A DNA stretch of 64,000 nucleotides. It comes from Podarcis liolepis. Its lineage: Eukaryota. Numbering within the stretch: position 1 is the first letter of the stretch; every line of letters starts with the position of its first letter. The stretch lies in the NCBI GenBank assembly GCA_965112155.1, contig OZ218099.1; one strand, 5' to 3'. Position numbers and translations under genes: made by a program. The notes beneath the pieces are model-generated. The model ran no database searches and had not been told where the DNA came from. It saw nothing but the letters and a program-made list of their open reading frames with translations. Shown piece by piece: positions 13,286 through 27,573 of this stretch.

Positions 13286-14183
13286 GTTGGTACAAATTCT
13301 GTCTTATGAAAAAGAAAATGTTTTTGCACTCTTTAAATAGGAAAGTTTCTTTTGTTAAAATAGATAATGTAAAAATTATTTGGTGTGTGTGCATTGTTAG
13401 ATGTCATGCCCACATCCATGCAGCTCACAGAATGTTTGAGGGAGTTTCCCAAAGTGGACCATAGCCCAACAGTTGTGGCTGATAGGACAAATCAATGGCA
13501 TCTGCACGGTTAGTAGGGAGGTAGACTATCAGCAGCCAGCCCTGCAAAAACTGGCAAGTGGCACGTTCTGTTGCTCCTCTCAATCTGCTGCCTGCACCAA
13601 TGGATTTCCTTGGCTCACAGAAGAAGTGGCTCACCAGTAATGCAGACTGGAGATATATTTTAACTTTTTCCATAACGTACTGTACAAAAGTCTGTATGAG
13701 ATTTGAAATGAAGTGGATTTTCTTCTTCAACATAAACATGCAGAGAATTACCCTACACTTAGAATATTGTATGTACGTGGGATCTATTACTGGAGCTTCC
13801 TGGGCAGTACCAGTATAACTAATATTATTATTATGAAAATAGATGCTATTTTGATAGCCATCAGTGATAAAATCTATATGTATGATTAAATATGGGTGAA
13901 ACAATACCGAATTATGTCGTAAAAACCTAATCCTTGTACTCTTATAAAAAATACTGTGTACAGTTAACATATTTCTGTGGGGTGGAGTTTTGACTAAATT
14001 GGTGTTTCTCAGCCATTTTGAAGTGGGACCTATTGGTAAATTTACATAGCCTTTTGGGACCCAGAGTCCCAGTGTTGTGTGGTCCACTCAGGAACTAGCT
14101 GTGGGTTATAACTTGCAATTTGAGATTCACTGAACTAAATAGAACTTCTTTATTCCGTATCTAATACCAGTTTTCTCTTACAG

Positions 14184-14206
14184 CTTTGCCGTCGTCAGTT
14201 GTATCG
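14184..14206 (+). CDS. TBCD: TBCD 23-nt coding microexon
   Basis: tacag|CTTTGCCGTCGTCAGTTGTATCG|gtaag; LCRRQLY(R), human LYDRQLYR; required for frame continuity. Confidence 0.9.
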
Positions 14207-16203
14207 GTAAGAGAATTAATGCCAAGTAGATTGTTTCAATTGTAAGAATAAAGAAAAAGCCTCATAGAATACGCAGTCCACAAAAAAGCTTGGGTGCCTA
14301 CATTCATACTGACTCTGTGCATGGGTGTGCTGTGTTTCCTAAGCGTAAGCATAGCTTGGCTGGCATGTGGCCACAGCAGAACTTGCTGCTTGGAATAGAG
14401 GGCATGACTGGAGCAGCCTGTCTTAGAAATTATTTTATGATGCCCATACATAATTACAGCCCAGTGGAAAGTGTGACCCTGTCTTATAGCAACCTCCATA
14501 GGCTGTCTGGCATCTCAAGAGATGCGCAACAGGCAGACAAGGGGTGCCATGTTGAGACCATGATCAGCTCAAGGTATTTTGCCACCCTAGGCAAGGTAAA
14601 AAATTATAACTAACACACCTTCCTTACTCTGTCTTGTACAGTAAACACCATGGCATTGGTCCATGAAGTAGCCAAGAGATTCCTGCTTTCCTAATTTAAA
14701 GCCTCCTTTTCTTGATGCTTCATTTTGTAACATTTAAAATTTGGAACATTGGTGAAGCGAACTGAAAATACAGAGCCTAGAGGCAGACTTAATGTTTCAA
14801 AATTGGAGAGTCTGTTGGGAAAGGATGTAGAGACAGGAAACAACTGATACACTTTCAAGCTTTTAGAATTTCTCCCCCTTATATACAGGTCCATTATATA
14901 TGTCACAGCTGTTTTATTAAGAACAATTCCGAGTTTGGAAAGGGAGAGGAAAGTATATACCAGATGTGTGTTTAGTTGTACCTTTTGAATTTTCTTTCTG
15001 TGTAGTACATGTTCACTTCCATCTTTTTGAAATGTAAGACTGAACCAGAATTTCTGGGAGCAAAATGACTATATTAAATACGAACCATTCTTTCAGACAG
15101 CTTTCTTCATTTGGCACATTGGTTAATCTGCCTTAGTTCATAATATGTTCATATTTATAGAGGTATCACACTGGCTGTTATACTTTCTGTAAATTCTTTT
15201 AATGTCAGGGTGAGGCTAGGGTATAATTTGACTTTTTCTCACAAAATGCAAGTTTGCATTTATCGGTTTCATTAGATTCTTAATAGTGCCTTTCTTATCA
15301 ATTAGACTTCAAACAAGCATCATGTTTCTCTTCAACGTAGTACTTTGCATAATTGAGTTATTCACTTGTGAGCATATTAACATAGTTTTAGGATATCAAA
15401 ATACCTTTTAAATGGTATATAAAATATTCTGCTTTGGATCATTTTGTAATAGCAAGCCATTTAGCTTTTAATAGGCAAGCACTCTGCCAAACAAGCTGAA
15501 CTTGTTTTCTGAAGAGCAACCAAGCTGAAGTGCCCTGAAGGTGCTCAGCTGAGACGTGGTTTCTTGGATTTTGAGAAAGTGTCGTCAGCCATCTGTTGAA
15601 GAACATAAAAAAAAATTTTTTTTCATGGTTTCCTTTATCTGTTTCTGGAATGAAGATTTCTTTTACAGAAATAGGAGTGATATGAAACACTTTCTCAGAA
15701 GAGAGTAATTTGATTTCTGTTTGTTGTGTAAGTGAATTATATCAGCAGCAGCAGTGAAGTCACATTACCGAGTGATGATCTGTATAGATCATGTGTAATT
15801 CATCGTGTAGAGGCAGTGGATTAAGAAGCACTATACTCTCTCAATGAAAATGTTAAGAGCACAAGGCCATACAATGAAATACATTTATTTTGGGTATTAG
15901 ATAAACCTAATAATTACTTCACAAAACAAAGCACGTGTGGGATTTATGAGATTAACTTCAAAGTCTTGAGACAGATGAGTTTTCTAGGATAGCTTGCTCT
16001 CTTTTGCCTCTTCCTCTGCACTGCCACATCATGTAAAAAGTTTCACATGAAGCAAGATAAAGTGATGGAAGAGTTAATTTATTTTTGATTTTGAATCTTA
16101 ACAAGACAGAAAAGAGAATTTTACCTTTCCGTTCCTTTGTATTCTTCGTAAAGATAGTGATTTGAGATTTTCAGCCAATACATTTTCCTTTTTCCTTTTT
16201 CAG

Positions 16204-16235
16204 GGGTTTAGGTGGAGAACTAATGAGGCCAGCTG
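16204..16235 (+). CDS. TBCD: TBCD 32-nt coding exon
   Basis: long pyrimidine tract, cag|...|gtacg; GLGGELMRPA. Confidence 0.93.
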
Positions 16236-16756
16236 GTACGTCACATGACACACACACATATTTTTAATCCAAATGTTTATTATATAGCATTCTGTGGTAT
16301 TATGCATTTCTCAGGTTTTTTGACTATAAGTAAATGTACTTTGGAAATGAATCTTGCATCTTGAACCTCCCTCATTTTTTCAGCTGCTACCCTGGTTCAC
16401 CAGGCACACTGCCAATCCTTCCTTCAATTTGTACCTAAGGTCAAACTTCTCCCTTAAACCATACCTTGTCCGCTCACTCTACCCCAAAAATACCTCCCCC
16501 ATTTTTTTTTTTTAAATGCAGTGCAGATAAAACACAAACAGGTTCCATATTGGTAGTGCTCCTTGGTGGCATTTTAACAGCCACCATAAAACTTGTTTTC
16601 TTGCTTGTTGGTATCAAGGAACGCAGATGTATCCCACCAAAAAGAATGATTTTTCAGAGGGGTTCTCATGTAGCCTGCACATAGGGGCTCCATTTGAAAA
16701 AGCTCTATACAAGCAGAATGTTCCACACTAACTTTAAGTCAAGGAGTACTTGGATG

Positions 16757-17990
16757 CAGTGGCGTAGCGTGGGTTGTCAGCACCCGGGGCAAGGCAAGTA
16801 ATTTGCGCCCCCTAACCCGTGGATTTGCGCCCCCTAACCCGTGGATTTGCACCTCCTAACCCCCAGATGTTGCGCCCGGTGCGGCCGGGCCCCCCCCCTG
16901 CACCCCTCACGCTACGCCACTGGACTGAGCTGCCATGAGCTTGGCTGTCCTGGAGTCATATAGAGAACTCGAGAGTCAGAAGGGGTACCCAGCGGCCATC
17001 TAGTCCACCCCCCCTGCAATGCAAGGATCATAGCTGAAGAATCCCTGACAGATGGCCACCTGAGCTCTGTTTAGAGACATCCATCAAAGGGGAGTCCACC
17101 GCACACAGGACAGCCTTAACTCAGAGCCGGAGGGGGGAACCTAGGAGTCCTGGCCGCCTGCCGCCTCTTTGATCCTCCCGCCCATTCATTTACTGAAGAA
17201 CGCAGAAGTCCTGGCGCCCTGCCTTTTGCGGCCGCACGCAGCTCCAGGAAGTCACGGAAAACCCCTCCCCGGAATCCCTAGTTCCCACGATCCCTTGCAC
17301 CAAATCTGGAGTCCCTAGTTCCCACGATCTAAAGTTCCCTGCACCAAATTTTCTGTATTTATTTAATGCATTTATATCCTGCCTTCTTCCCGAGTCGGGA
17401 TTCAAGGCACCTGCAAATATTTTGATGGATCAACCGATTGCATTTAAATCTCGCCTTTTTCTCCAGTTTGCACAAAGGGGCGCGCATGGTTCTTTAACAC
17501 CCCCCTTCCTCATTTAACCCCCACGACAACCCCGCGAGGCAGGTGAAGCGGAGAGCCAGTGACAGGGAGCTTCACGGCCGAGTGGGGATTCGAGCTCAGG
17601 TCTCTCCCGCGTCCCGGTCCGGTGCGTACGCGCCGTACATCCGAAGCGCATTTCCTTCTCCTCAAGAGAATCTCGGGCGCTGTAGCTGATTAAGGGTGCT
17701 GGGAACTGTAGCTCTGCGAAGGCTTCAACTTCAGTCGCCAGGGTTCTTAAACCGCAACGGGATCTCAGATTTGCCCACGCACTATGCGTTCAAAGCCACT
17801 TAAGAGTCCTGGGAACAGTGAGTGGAGCGCAGCCGCAGCGGCGGCGGGGGGCGCACCCGCGCTAGGTTGGCGGTGGCGGCGGGGAGCCCGGCGGAGGAAG
17901 GAACTTGTCCCTTCCCTCTGGACTCGCGCCCCCCCAGATGTTGCGCCCGGTGCGGCCGGCACCCCTGGCACCCCCCACGCTACGCCACTG
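16757..17990. mobile_element. Composite hAT-type element with one left end, two right ends and about 1 kb of cargo
   Basis: TIR CAGTGGCGTAGCGTG at 16757; reverse complement ends at 16922 and 17990; perfect TSD CTTGGATG flanks only the outer pair. Confidence 0.9.
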
Positions 17991-18352
17991 CTTGGATGCA
18001 CTACATGCAGAAACCTAGGGAGCCTTAATTTGGGACTTGCCTGCGCCATTTCTGTATGCTTCAGTTGTTAAGGTTGGGAGTAACTTTAGCTACACTAAAG
18101 TGTAGTGCTAGAATATATCTTGTGCTAGAATACCTGTTAAAATACTTTTTGTGCTGATCAGTATGCATATTCACAGTGCAACACATCTACTGTGTAGCAA
18201 TACCAGTATGCCTGTTATTACATTTGCTTGAGCTCTGACCCTGTGTCTGTATAATATATGTGTACAAGAGCCACTGAACTCAGAGGACCATATTTGACAC
18301 AGGATTGTTCTCTGCTGTTTTCAGAAATTGTATTCTCTTCGTTTTCTTCCAG

Positions 18353-18415
18353 TCTGTGCTTTAATTGAAAAGTTATCACTTTCAAAAATGCCTTTTAGAG
18401 GAGATCCCATAATAG
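18353..18415 (+). CDS. TBCD: TBCD coding exon
   Basis: ccag|...|gtagg; (V)CALIEKLSLSKMPFRGDPII. Confidence 0.95.
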
Positions 18416-19191
18416 GTAGGTGATGTTTTTGATGTCTTAAATTTATTCTGTCTTTTTGTCTATTGAAGATTATAATTGCATTCAAATGCACAGTCCTTTT
18501 GATTTCACTTGCCAAAAATATGGCTCACAGAGATAAGCTTATTCTCTATCGTCACAAGATGTTCTTTAGGTCTGTGAATGTCCTAACATGCCTTTCATGA
18601 CCCAGTATTTTTGCTTGTTGCCTCCTGCTGTCATTGGCATCATGATGCTATGACTGTGTTTGTCATATTCAGTTTAATTCAGAAAAGAATTGGCCAAATT
18701 GAGCCCCACTTTGGGCAAAGTATTCCTGAATTGCACAGGGTCCCTTCCAACTCTACAGTTCTGTGATTCTGTGAAATGATGCAGCACATGGAGGAAATTG
18801 TATAGGGTAATGTCATCTGCAGGAGACCTGGGACAGCAGTTCTACCCCACTCAACAGAATGTTCCATCTATAACAGAATGCTTCTCTCAGACTTCGTTTT
18901 AGTGGGAAAGGGAACCCTGGGTGCCAGGAAAAGGCCTTTGTGGACCCCTGTGATAGATGATGCACTAATCTCAAAAGCAAATTGAAAACAAAGTTGAAAA
19001 CATTTAATTTGGGAACAAAAATCCATAAAGATGCACACTTAAATTTGCAGAGATCAGCTGGAGTTTTTATGAACACACTCTGGAACCTTTGAATATATTA
19101 AAAGTTGTTGTTTTTTTAAAAGGTGATGAATACCGGTATGTTTAATTTTAGGTAACTAGTGTATTATCAAACATGCTTTCTTTCCCTCTAG

Positions 19192-19268
19192 CTGAATGGC
19201 AGTCGCTGATAAATGACAGTTTCAAAAGTCTCCACCTTGTTTCAAGCAATGCAAAGCAACAAATAAAG
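19192..19268 (+). CDS. TBCD: TBCD coding exon
   Basis: ctag|...|gtaca; EWQSLINDSFKSLHLVSSNAKQQIK. Confidence 0.94.
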
Positions 19269-20498
19269 GTACAGTTTGCTTTTATCTGTATTGTTGTTGC
19301 TTGTTTTGATAAAAAAGAAAACATTAATATTTTCGTATTATGAAAGTTGCTCTCAAGGTATTCTTAAATTACCCAGGTTCTGTATATAACGGAACACAAG
19401 AGCACTTTGGGCCTGTATTTCCATGTGGTGTAAATTAATTGTGTCTGTGAAAGGACAGAACCTCAGTTTCATCCTGAAGTAATCAATTTTATATTTATAA
19501 TGAGGAAATAGATACCACTTAAATGAAATTTAGGACAGCAACTCAACTCAAGTTGCACTGCTCTTTGAACTCTGTATGGAACTGAATAGGCTTGTTATAG
19601 AGACTCCATAACAAACCATAGGAAAAGATTAAACCAAGCACATTCTTAAATTGAGATACTCTTTAGTCGAATTCATCTGGGTGGTGGTTGTTGTAAATTT
19701 ACTGCCTGATCATAAGTGACGTGTGCAGAAAGATAAAATCTTTTGCGTGATACTGTATAGTTTTTTCTCGTTTAAATAAATAAAATGATGGTCCACTCTT
19801 TCCCACCTATCTGTGGGAGTGAGGAGAGGCTCCATAGCTCATGGCAAAAGCTACAGTCATTTAGGAAGCTGGCTGTAATACAGCCACACCCAAACCTAAT
19901 GAGCCCTGCCCAGAATGCCATCTCTCCCCATAGGCTATTCTGGAGAGGGATCATTGTGCGAGTATACAATGAAGCTTAAAGCCTAAATAACCTCTGCTGG
20001 TTTGACTAGTGTTTGCTTTTAAAGGTATGGAAGGCAATATACACATCATGCATCTATTCTTGTGCTAAATTGAGTTAAATTAGAACAAATTGTTGAGTAA
20101 GCATCAAGTAAATTCTGTTGCAAGTTCAACTCTTTAATTTAAGTCTACTAAAATTAGGTTCAGGGTTGTTAATTTAGCCTCCATAAAATTATACTGATGA
20201 GCTTTAAAACAGTTTTATAAGTCATGAGCTATTAGTTACTGTGCCTTCAGACAGACTTGAATGGAGAACATGATCCAAGATACTTTGGAGTGTTATTTTA
20301 TCTCCTAAACAGTAACAAGTCACGAACTGAAAATCTCCTTGCTTGGAATGCAAAGCTTATCTTCAGCTGTTTTATGAATGGGCCCATAGCAAACTACAGT
20401 AAAATTATTCATAGGGAGAGGGATTATTCATTGGGTTTTCCTACAATAGTTGAAAGGAAAGATCTTTTGATGGTTACAGAGTTTTGCCTTTGTCTTAG

Positions 20499-20580
20499 GA
20501 ATCGGCAGTCGCTGCATTAGCTGCTCTGTGTAATGAATACTACTACATTGAAGAGGAGGGAGCAAATCCAGCTGAGCAAG
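20499..20580 (+). CDS. TBCD: TBCD coding exon
   Basis: ttag|...|gtact; ESAVAALAALCNEYYYIEEEGANPAEQ. Confidence 0.93.
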
Positions 20581-22249
20581 GTACTGATTCATGATGTTTG
20601 TCTCTTGCCTTTATTAAGGGATAGCCTGTGATGATCTTGTTAGCTAGAAAACTTCCTACAGGAGCAGAACTAGTCCTTAAATAAACATCTCAGTGGTTAG
20701 CAACTTCTCGGGACCAGCCCAGTTATGCGGGCTTCTAAGGCGCACTTAATTGGAGGTGACAGCAGCATTACTTGTCCCTTTTGGAGAAATGAAAGAATTC
20801 TGATTTGCACACCTGTGAGACAATGTTGTTTGTAGTATGCCTAGTAAAGTGCCACTTGAATTAAAGCAGTGAAAGTGTGCACTTCTGAATCAGCTCTTCA
20901 CTACCATTTTACTTCTCTACAGTGGAGTTAGAGTTAATAAAGTTTTGTAACATGGGAAGAAAATTTGCAGATCAGAGCTTTTATGGTGGTATTTGGGGTG
21001 TTCCATAAGTGCTATAATACTGCTAATGCAATGGGACTCCTCCTTTCTCCCCCCTGCACACATCCAGAAACCTCCTCATATCTGCTCTGGAAGCTTGAGG
21101 AAACACCTTGGGACAGATTTGGGGCAGGGGTGAGCTGAGGAGAAGGGAGAAGGCCTTATTGTGCAAGCAGAAATCCTTGTGCTGGCAGAATTCATTAATT
21201 AGCATTCCATTGAATACAGCCTTTTATGCATAAAGTAGAAAAAGGCATAATGCATAAAACAGCTGGTGCCGGCAGGCATGATCCAGCAAATGGCACCCAG
21301 GCACAGCCATCTACCACTTTCTCTCTTTCTCTCTCTCTCTCCCTCCCCCCCCCCTCTCTCTTAACCTACCCTGCAGAGAGCCTGAAAGGGAGAGGAATGC
21401 AATTGGAGGGAAATAGGATTAATTAGAGTAAGATTGCTGGGGGGTAGCAACACCCCAACAGCTATCCTCTAATTTGGAAGAATTTACAGGGCCTCCACCC
21501 TAATAAGTAACATAGCAAAACAATCTTTAGTACACAGTTGGGCATGATAATTTACCTGCAAAGCTTGATGCTCTGGGTTTTGGTCATAGCTTGAAGATCT
21601 AGCTTACATCTTCAAAGTACAAGCTTCACAATGGAAATGAAGATGCCCAGGTTTCTTTTTTATATGTAGTGATATTTTTATACATAATTTCTTTTTTATC
21701 ATATTTCTTTTTTATATGTAGTGATATTTTTATACATAATTTCATTCTCCCCGTTTCCAACAGTTTCTTCCCTCTGTAATTTGTTGTATTTTTCTTCAAC
21801 ACTTGCTTTAGCTTGTAGCCATTATTTCTGTTAAATTAACAGTTTAGAGATCATGTATTTCATTGTGTTATCGCATTTACATTTTCTTACTAGTGCCATC
21901 TTATAGTCCCATAGGCACTGTTGGGTACTTATGAAGAAACAGCCTATGCGGAGTTTTCTGCAACCTTTTAATTTGGTTCCTTGTGCTGCTAACAAAGTGT
22001 CTTTGAAATTAAAATGAGTGCTGATGAAATTTCATTATCTTGGGTGTTCTCACAAGACACATAGACAAGAGTAGGATGCCTGTGTTGCTTCAGGCCTCAG
22101 TGTTTTATATTTGCACAAATAGTTTTATATTTGCACAAATATCTAAAATACCTGTGCTGTTTCTCAGATGTTCGCAGACAGAGCCTCTTTGAGGTGCGTG
22201 TTTGTGTATTTTCCCATTCTATACTTCTCTGAGCATCTTAAAGTTTATA

Positions 22250-22485
22250 CAGTGGTACCTCGGGTTACATATGCTTCAGATTACATACACTTCAGGTTAC
22301 AGGCTCCGCTAACCCAGAAATAGTGCCTCAGGTTAAGAACTTTGCTTCAGGATGAGAACAGAAATCGTGCTCCGGCGGCGCGGCGGCAGCAGGAGGCCCC
22401 CATTAGCTAAAGTGGTGCTTCAGGTTAAGAACAGTTTCAGGTTAAGAACGGACCTGAATTAAGTACTTAACCTGAGGTACCACTG
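22250..22485. mobile_element. Tc1/mariner-superfamily MITE, same family and orientation as 908-1133
   Basis: Same TIRs and internal sequence, TA flanks. Confidence 0.9.
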
Positions 22486-23169
22486 TAGATCATACTGATG
22501 AATTGATTTAAGCAGAAGTAATAAGCCTCTGCATGTGCTAAGAAAATCCATCTTAACGTGGTCTTAAGTTGAGCCAGGGTCATTGGGCTTGGTTCTACAA
22601 TCAGTATCAGGGCTTGACAACCCCAGACAGTGTAAAGCAATAATAAAAAAAAGGAAATGCATTTGAGTTGTTGCAGAACTCCTTTCCTTCGGCATTGATT
22701 AATCACAACCAGCCCCTTCATAGCTACACAATTTCCAGATAACAGTGTTAGTTGCAATTCCAGGCAGGAACGAGTGTGGGCATCTCTCACTTTAAAAATC
22801 AAGCACTACCTCCAACAGCTGTGCTGCTTCAGATAAATTCCTTCAGAAATGTCACCTTGTTACCAGGTTCCAGCGTATGGAAACCACTTCCTGGAATCCA
22901 GTGAAGCATCTTCCTCAAGAGATGCAAGGCTGGAACTTTCAGTAGATTTATGCTCGTTGTTGCCTTAGAACACATCCTTCAATTCAGTTGTGGAAGGATG
23001 AAACTTTGAAGAAAATTAGGCCTGCACAGTCATGTTGAGCACACTGTCCTGCTTTCCTAACAGTAAAAAATTTCCATAGTAAATCATTTGAATGACTAGA
23101 CAATGACTGCAGCAATTTGAAATCACCTTTTCTCTCTCTCTCTGGAAATAATTTATGCAAATATTCTAG

Positions 23170-23370
<201 letters not shown>

Positions 23371-23638
23371 TAGAGAGTGGGGATTTAATATTTTAAATAT
23401 TTTTTTGTAAGTGCTTAAAGGAATATCATGAAGGAACATACAACAATACAGTATTGCAGACCATGTTTGGTGGTTTATAACCAAATCTCTGTCAAGGTTT
23501 CTGTGTTAATCTTAGTTTCTTGTGGAAATGATTCTTTGAAGGGATGAGAGATAGAAACCATATTCATAATAGGGCAAAAATAGGCAACCAAGTAATGTGC
23601 AATGGGTAACTATTGCCATATTGTGGAGCGGGCAAATA

Positions 23639-23896
23639 CCGTATTTTTTGCTCTATAAGACTCACTTTTTCCCTCCTAAAAAGTAAGGGGAAATGTGTGT
23701 GCATCTTATGGAGCGAATGCGGGCTGCGCATCTATCCCAGAAGCCAGAACAGCAAGAGGGATTGCTGCTTTCACTGCGCAGCGATCCCTCTTGCTGTTCT
23801 GGCTTCTGAGATTCAGAACTTTTTTTTCTTGTTTTCCTCCTCCAAAAACTAGGTGCGTCTTGTGGTCTGGTGCGTCTTATAGAGCGAAAAATACGG
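23639..23896. mobile_element. Short member of the CCGTA-TIR MITE family
   Basis: ta|ccgtattttttgctctataagac ... gtcttatagagcgaaaaatacgg; subterminal sequence shared with 8082-9524. Confidence 0.88.
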
Positions 23897-24607
23897 TGGT
23901 TTCCTCTTCTAATGTATTGCTCTCCAGCAACACTCTACAGTAGCCCACATAGGGCAACTCTTCCTGGGGGTGTCACTGTTTTCTTCCATGGCAAGGGAAG
24001 CAGGAAAGCTAACAATAAAATGCTTAGATTTTTTTATATATAGTTAGACATTCAAACCTCAGAGTTGTGCCAGGGAAAAGAACAAGTGTTATGCACACTT
24101 ATGAGAAGGAGTTAAGTGGAAAGAGACAAATTTGCTTTATATCTTTACAGTAGTGATGGGGAACCTCCATGAGGGCCAGCAGTCCTTCCCATTTGGCCTA
24201 TAGGCCATTTTGGTGAAGCCACACCCACCTATGATGTCATATGACATTAGATGTTGTACTGGTGAAGCTGTGGCACCACATTCCAAAGGAAGAATTGGGA
24301 GTGACTCTCTATTCTTCCTTTGTAGCTGTGGCTATACATTTGACTATGATGCCAGGTGGGTGGCCCTGCCCAGCTGTCAAAATGGCCTGAGGAGGGCTGG
24401 CCAGTTCTCCACCTTTGCCTTATAGAAAGGCTATCCTTCCTTGTCAGATAGAGCATGTTAGTGAAGGAGTATCAGGAGGCTTGCATTGGACAGTCTTTGT
24501 ATCCCGAACCTGTCACACAAACAGAGGGTGAATTTAGGATGGAGCTAGATGCCTGGCAGCAAACACAAGATTACTGGTTGTGTGTTCATGTCAAGTGTGC
24601 AAAGTAA

Positions 24608-24635
24608 GTGTGTGTGTGTGTGTGTGTGTGTGTGT
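24608..24635. repeat. (GT)14 microsatellite
   Basis: Read directly. Confidence 0.95.
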
Positions 24636-24668
24636 AGCCACTTTTAACTTCTACTGCTTTTTAGATAA

Positions 24669-24974
<306 letters not shown>

Positions 24975-25856
24975 TGACCTTGAGTTCTTTGCTGGCACAG
25001 GAAGGAACAGAAAAGCAGCAAATTTCAGTCCCTAAGGCACACTCTGGATCAGGTCCTAGTGTGGGGGATAGAAGGGCTTTCGCCCCTTTCCCCACCACTG
25101 TTGTCCCAGTCTGGATTGGGCTGCTGCACATGTAATTTGTATTGGTCGCAACCAATCCATTGCAGCATATGTATACACAAGCCCTCCTTAGGTGGTACCA
25201 GGAAGGGTGAAGTCATCACGGTAGGGATGGGTGCACTACCTCTGCACCCTCTTCACTGTTCTTGCTGCCCTCTGACTCCTGGGAAATGACCATGTGAAGT
25301 AGGGAGCCTCTCCTGTACTTGTGGGGCTCCCCATGCATTTTAGAAACTTGGACCATAAGGTTTTCAAACAGACTCCCTCAGGCTTCCTGCTGCACAAGGT
25401 TGCCTTCCCCGAGTTGACGGATGAAGAGACTGTTGCTGAGGCAGGTGGAGCTAACATGTTCATTCCCACTGCCTCCTCACACCTTACTGGAAATGCCTGA
25501 AGAAGGTTATTGTGAAAAGCTCACTTAGGCCCTATGTGTCTCTGTGTATGTGTGTTTGATTATGGGTGTGCCTGGCCCTGTGGGTTGCTGGAATGTGGCT
25601 CCCTCAAAGCTTTCTGTGTGGCAAGTCGCCATGTGATCTACATGGCCACCACAAACCCAGATACCTATGTCTCTGATAATCAGACCTGCTACTAGGGCCC
25701 CTGCTTCTCAGAGGAGTAACCACAGCACAGTTGGATAGTTCTTCATCTCCCAAGGAATGAGTCACTTCTAAGAGATTTCCCTCTTCCTAAGAGTGACATC
25801 TTCCTTCCATAATACCCCGGGTCCATGTTACAGCAGATAATCTGCCACCCTTGTGA

Positions 25857-27090
25857 GTAACAGAAACAGAGACTTTATTTGCGTAGCCGACAGGCCATAG
25901 CATCAAAGGACAAACACATATAAATATAACCTCGGAGGGATGGTCAGGACAGGGAGAAAGATAATAATAACCAGATGCAGATAAATTAATAATCTCAGTA
26001 CTTAAAACTTGGCAGAGGTAATAAAATAATAATAATAAAACATAATGATAATAATAATAATAAGATCCTAGGTGAGGAATCCGGGTGACGACACTGATGT
26101 CATTCAGATAGCAGCTCTCAGTCTCATTGCTCTCTTGATAAATTTGGCAACCTTCTCTGTTGTCGAGCTGTTCTGGTCGGCTAGGAGTGAGAACAATTTG
26201 GCTTCACAAGAGTGGCCCGGGATGGCAGATAGGAACGGCATGATGGTCTCGTACCTGAAATCTTGATATAGGGAGCAAGACAAGAGAACGTGTGGCACAG
26301 TCTCCACGTATCCAGCTCCACAGGGGCAGAGCCGGTTCTCGAATGAAATTTTTTGATATCTACCTTCAAGAACAGCTGAGGGTAACATATTTAGTCTGGC
26401 CCGTGTAAAGGCCCACCTGAGTTTTGGAATGGTTAAGGCAGACAAATAAGGTGCCCAAGAATCAAAGTGGGAGGGGGGCAGATAAGCGTACCAAGCACTA
26501 AATTTCTTAATATAGGCCAGATTATTCTGCTGCTCAATATCCTTTATGCACTGGTCAATAATGGTTTTTGCCTTGGGGAGACCCATTTTCAGAAGAGGCC
26601 ACATGTAAGTAGTTTTTGATGCACTACTTTGGACCACCTACTTCTATGAGCATCTCGTGCTACTAGAGGTAGTAGTCCGGATGGGTTTAAATTTAAACAA
26701 AGCCAATAGTTGAATGTTCTTAACCAGCTTCGAGTTTCGACGGAGAGGAGGCCAGTCTCCAGCTGTAGGGCCGCATTTGGTGCGCATGGTGGAACGGCTA
26801 GAATCTGTCTTAAGAATTTAGACTGGACCGTTTCAAGTGTGCTGCAATGATTTCCCGTCCAGATTTGGGCCCCGTAGAGTAATTGCGGCCTTGGGAGTAA
26901 GATGCTGCTTTCATTTTCCCCGAAGACCTCACCCACAAACCACCTTCCCTCTCTTGCACTCAGAAGATCAAACTTGTTCCCTGAGAGCCAGGAACTCACC
27001 TGTGAGTTGGAAGCTTGTAGAGCACTTCCAGAAGCCCACAATTTTAGGATAACACCCAGAGAAAGTACATTTCATGAACATCGATAATTG
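25857..27090 (-). mobile_element. Non-LTR retrotransposon 3' fragment (RTE-X-like), frameshifted RT C-terminus
   Basis: LLYGAQIW...FLRQILAVPPCAPNAALQLETG and EGRYQKISFENRLCPCGAGYVETVPHVLLSCSLY (CCHC-type finger); AATAAA plus short-repeat tail; clade assignment from recall. Confidence 0.8.
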
Positions 27091-27146
27091 ATACCTTTCA
27101 TAATTATGTTTAGCAGTTTTGTTTGCTATTAATGCACAAATAGTGA

Positions 27147-27326
<180 letters not shown>

Positions 27327-27573
27327 TAAGGCTTTGTTGTTGCTTATTGTCCCATCAAGGCAAAAAGTGGAGATGATTCAGAGAAAGAGCCCAGCAAATA
27401 TTACAAGGCATTCTGGAATAGGATGCCACTTCAGTTCTATCCCGCCCAAATGTATCTCTTATTGAACTACAAATGTAACCTGTAGAATGAAAATGCTAAA
27501 AGTGTGCTAAAGGCTTTTATTATGTTTCCGACTCATGAATACAATTGATGAGCATTCACTTGCGAAAAATATA

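Noticed and set aside
13425-14087. 220-aa minus-strand ORF as a nested gene
   Set aside because: No recognisable domain, composition looks like translated intron, and it starts at a non-ATG codon
15510-15560. Second hammerhead-like motif (ctgaagag / ctgaaggtgctcagctgagacg)
   Set aside because: Lacks the GAAA core and a proper stem II
17765-18071. CpG-island promoter or first exon of a nested gene
   Set aside because: The GC-rich sequence lies within the TSD-bounded composite transposon; the ORFs are low-complexity
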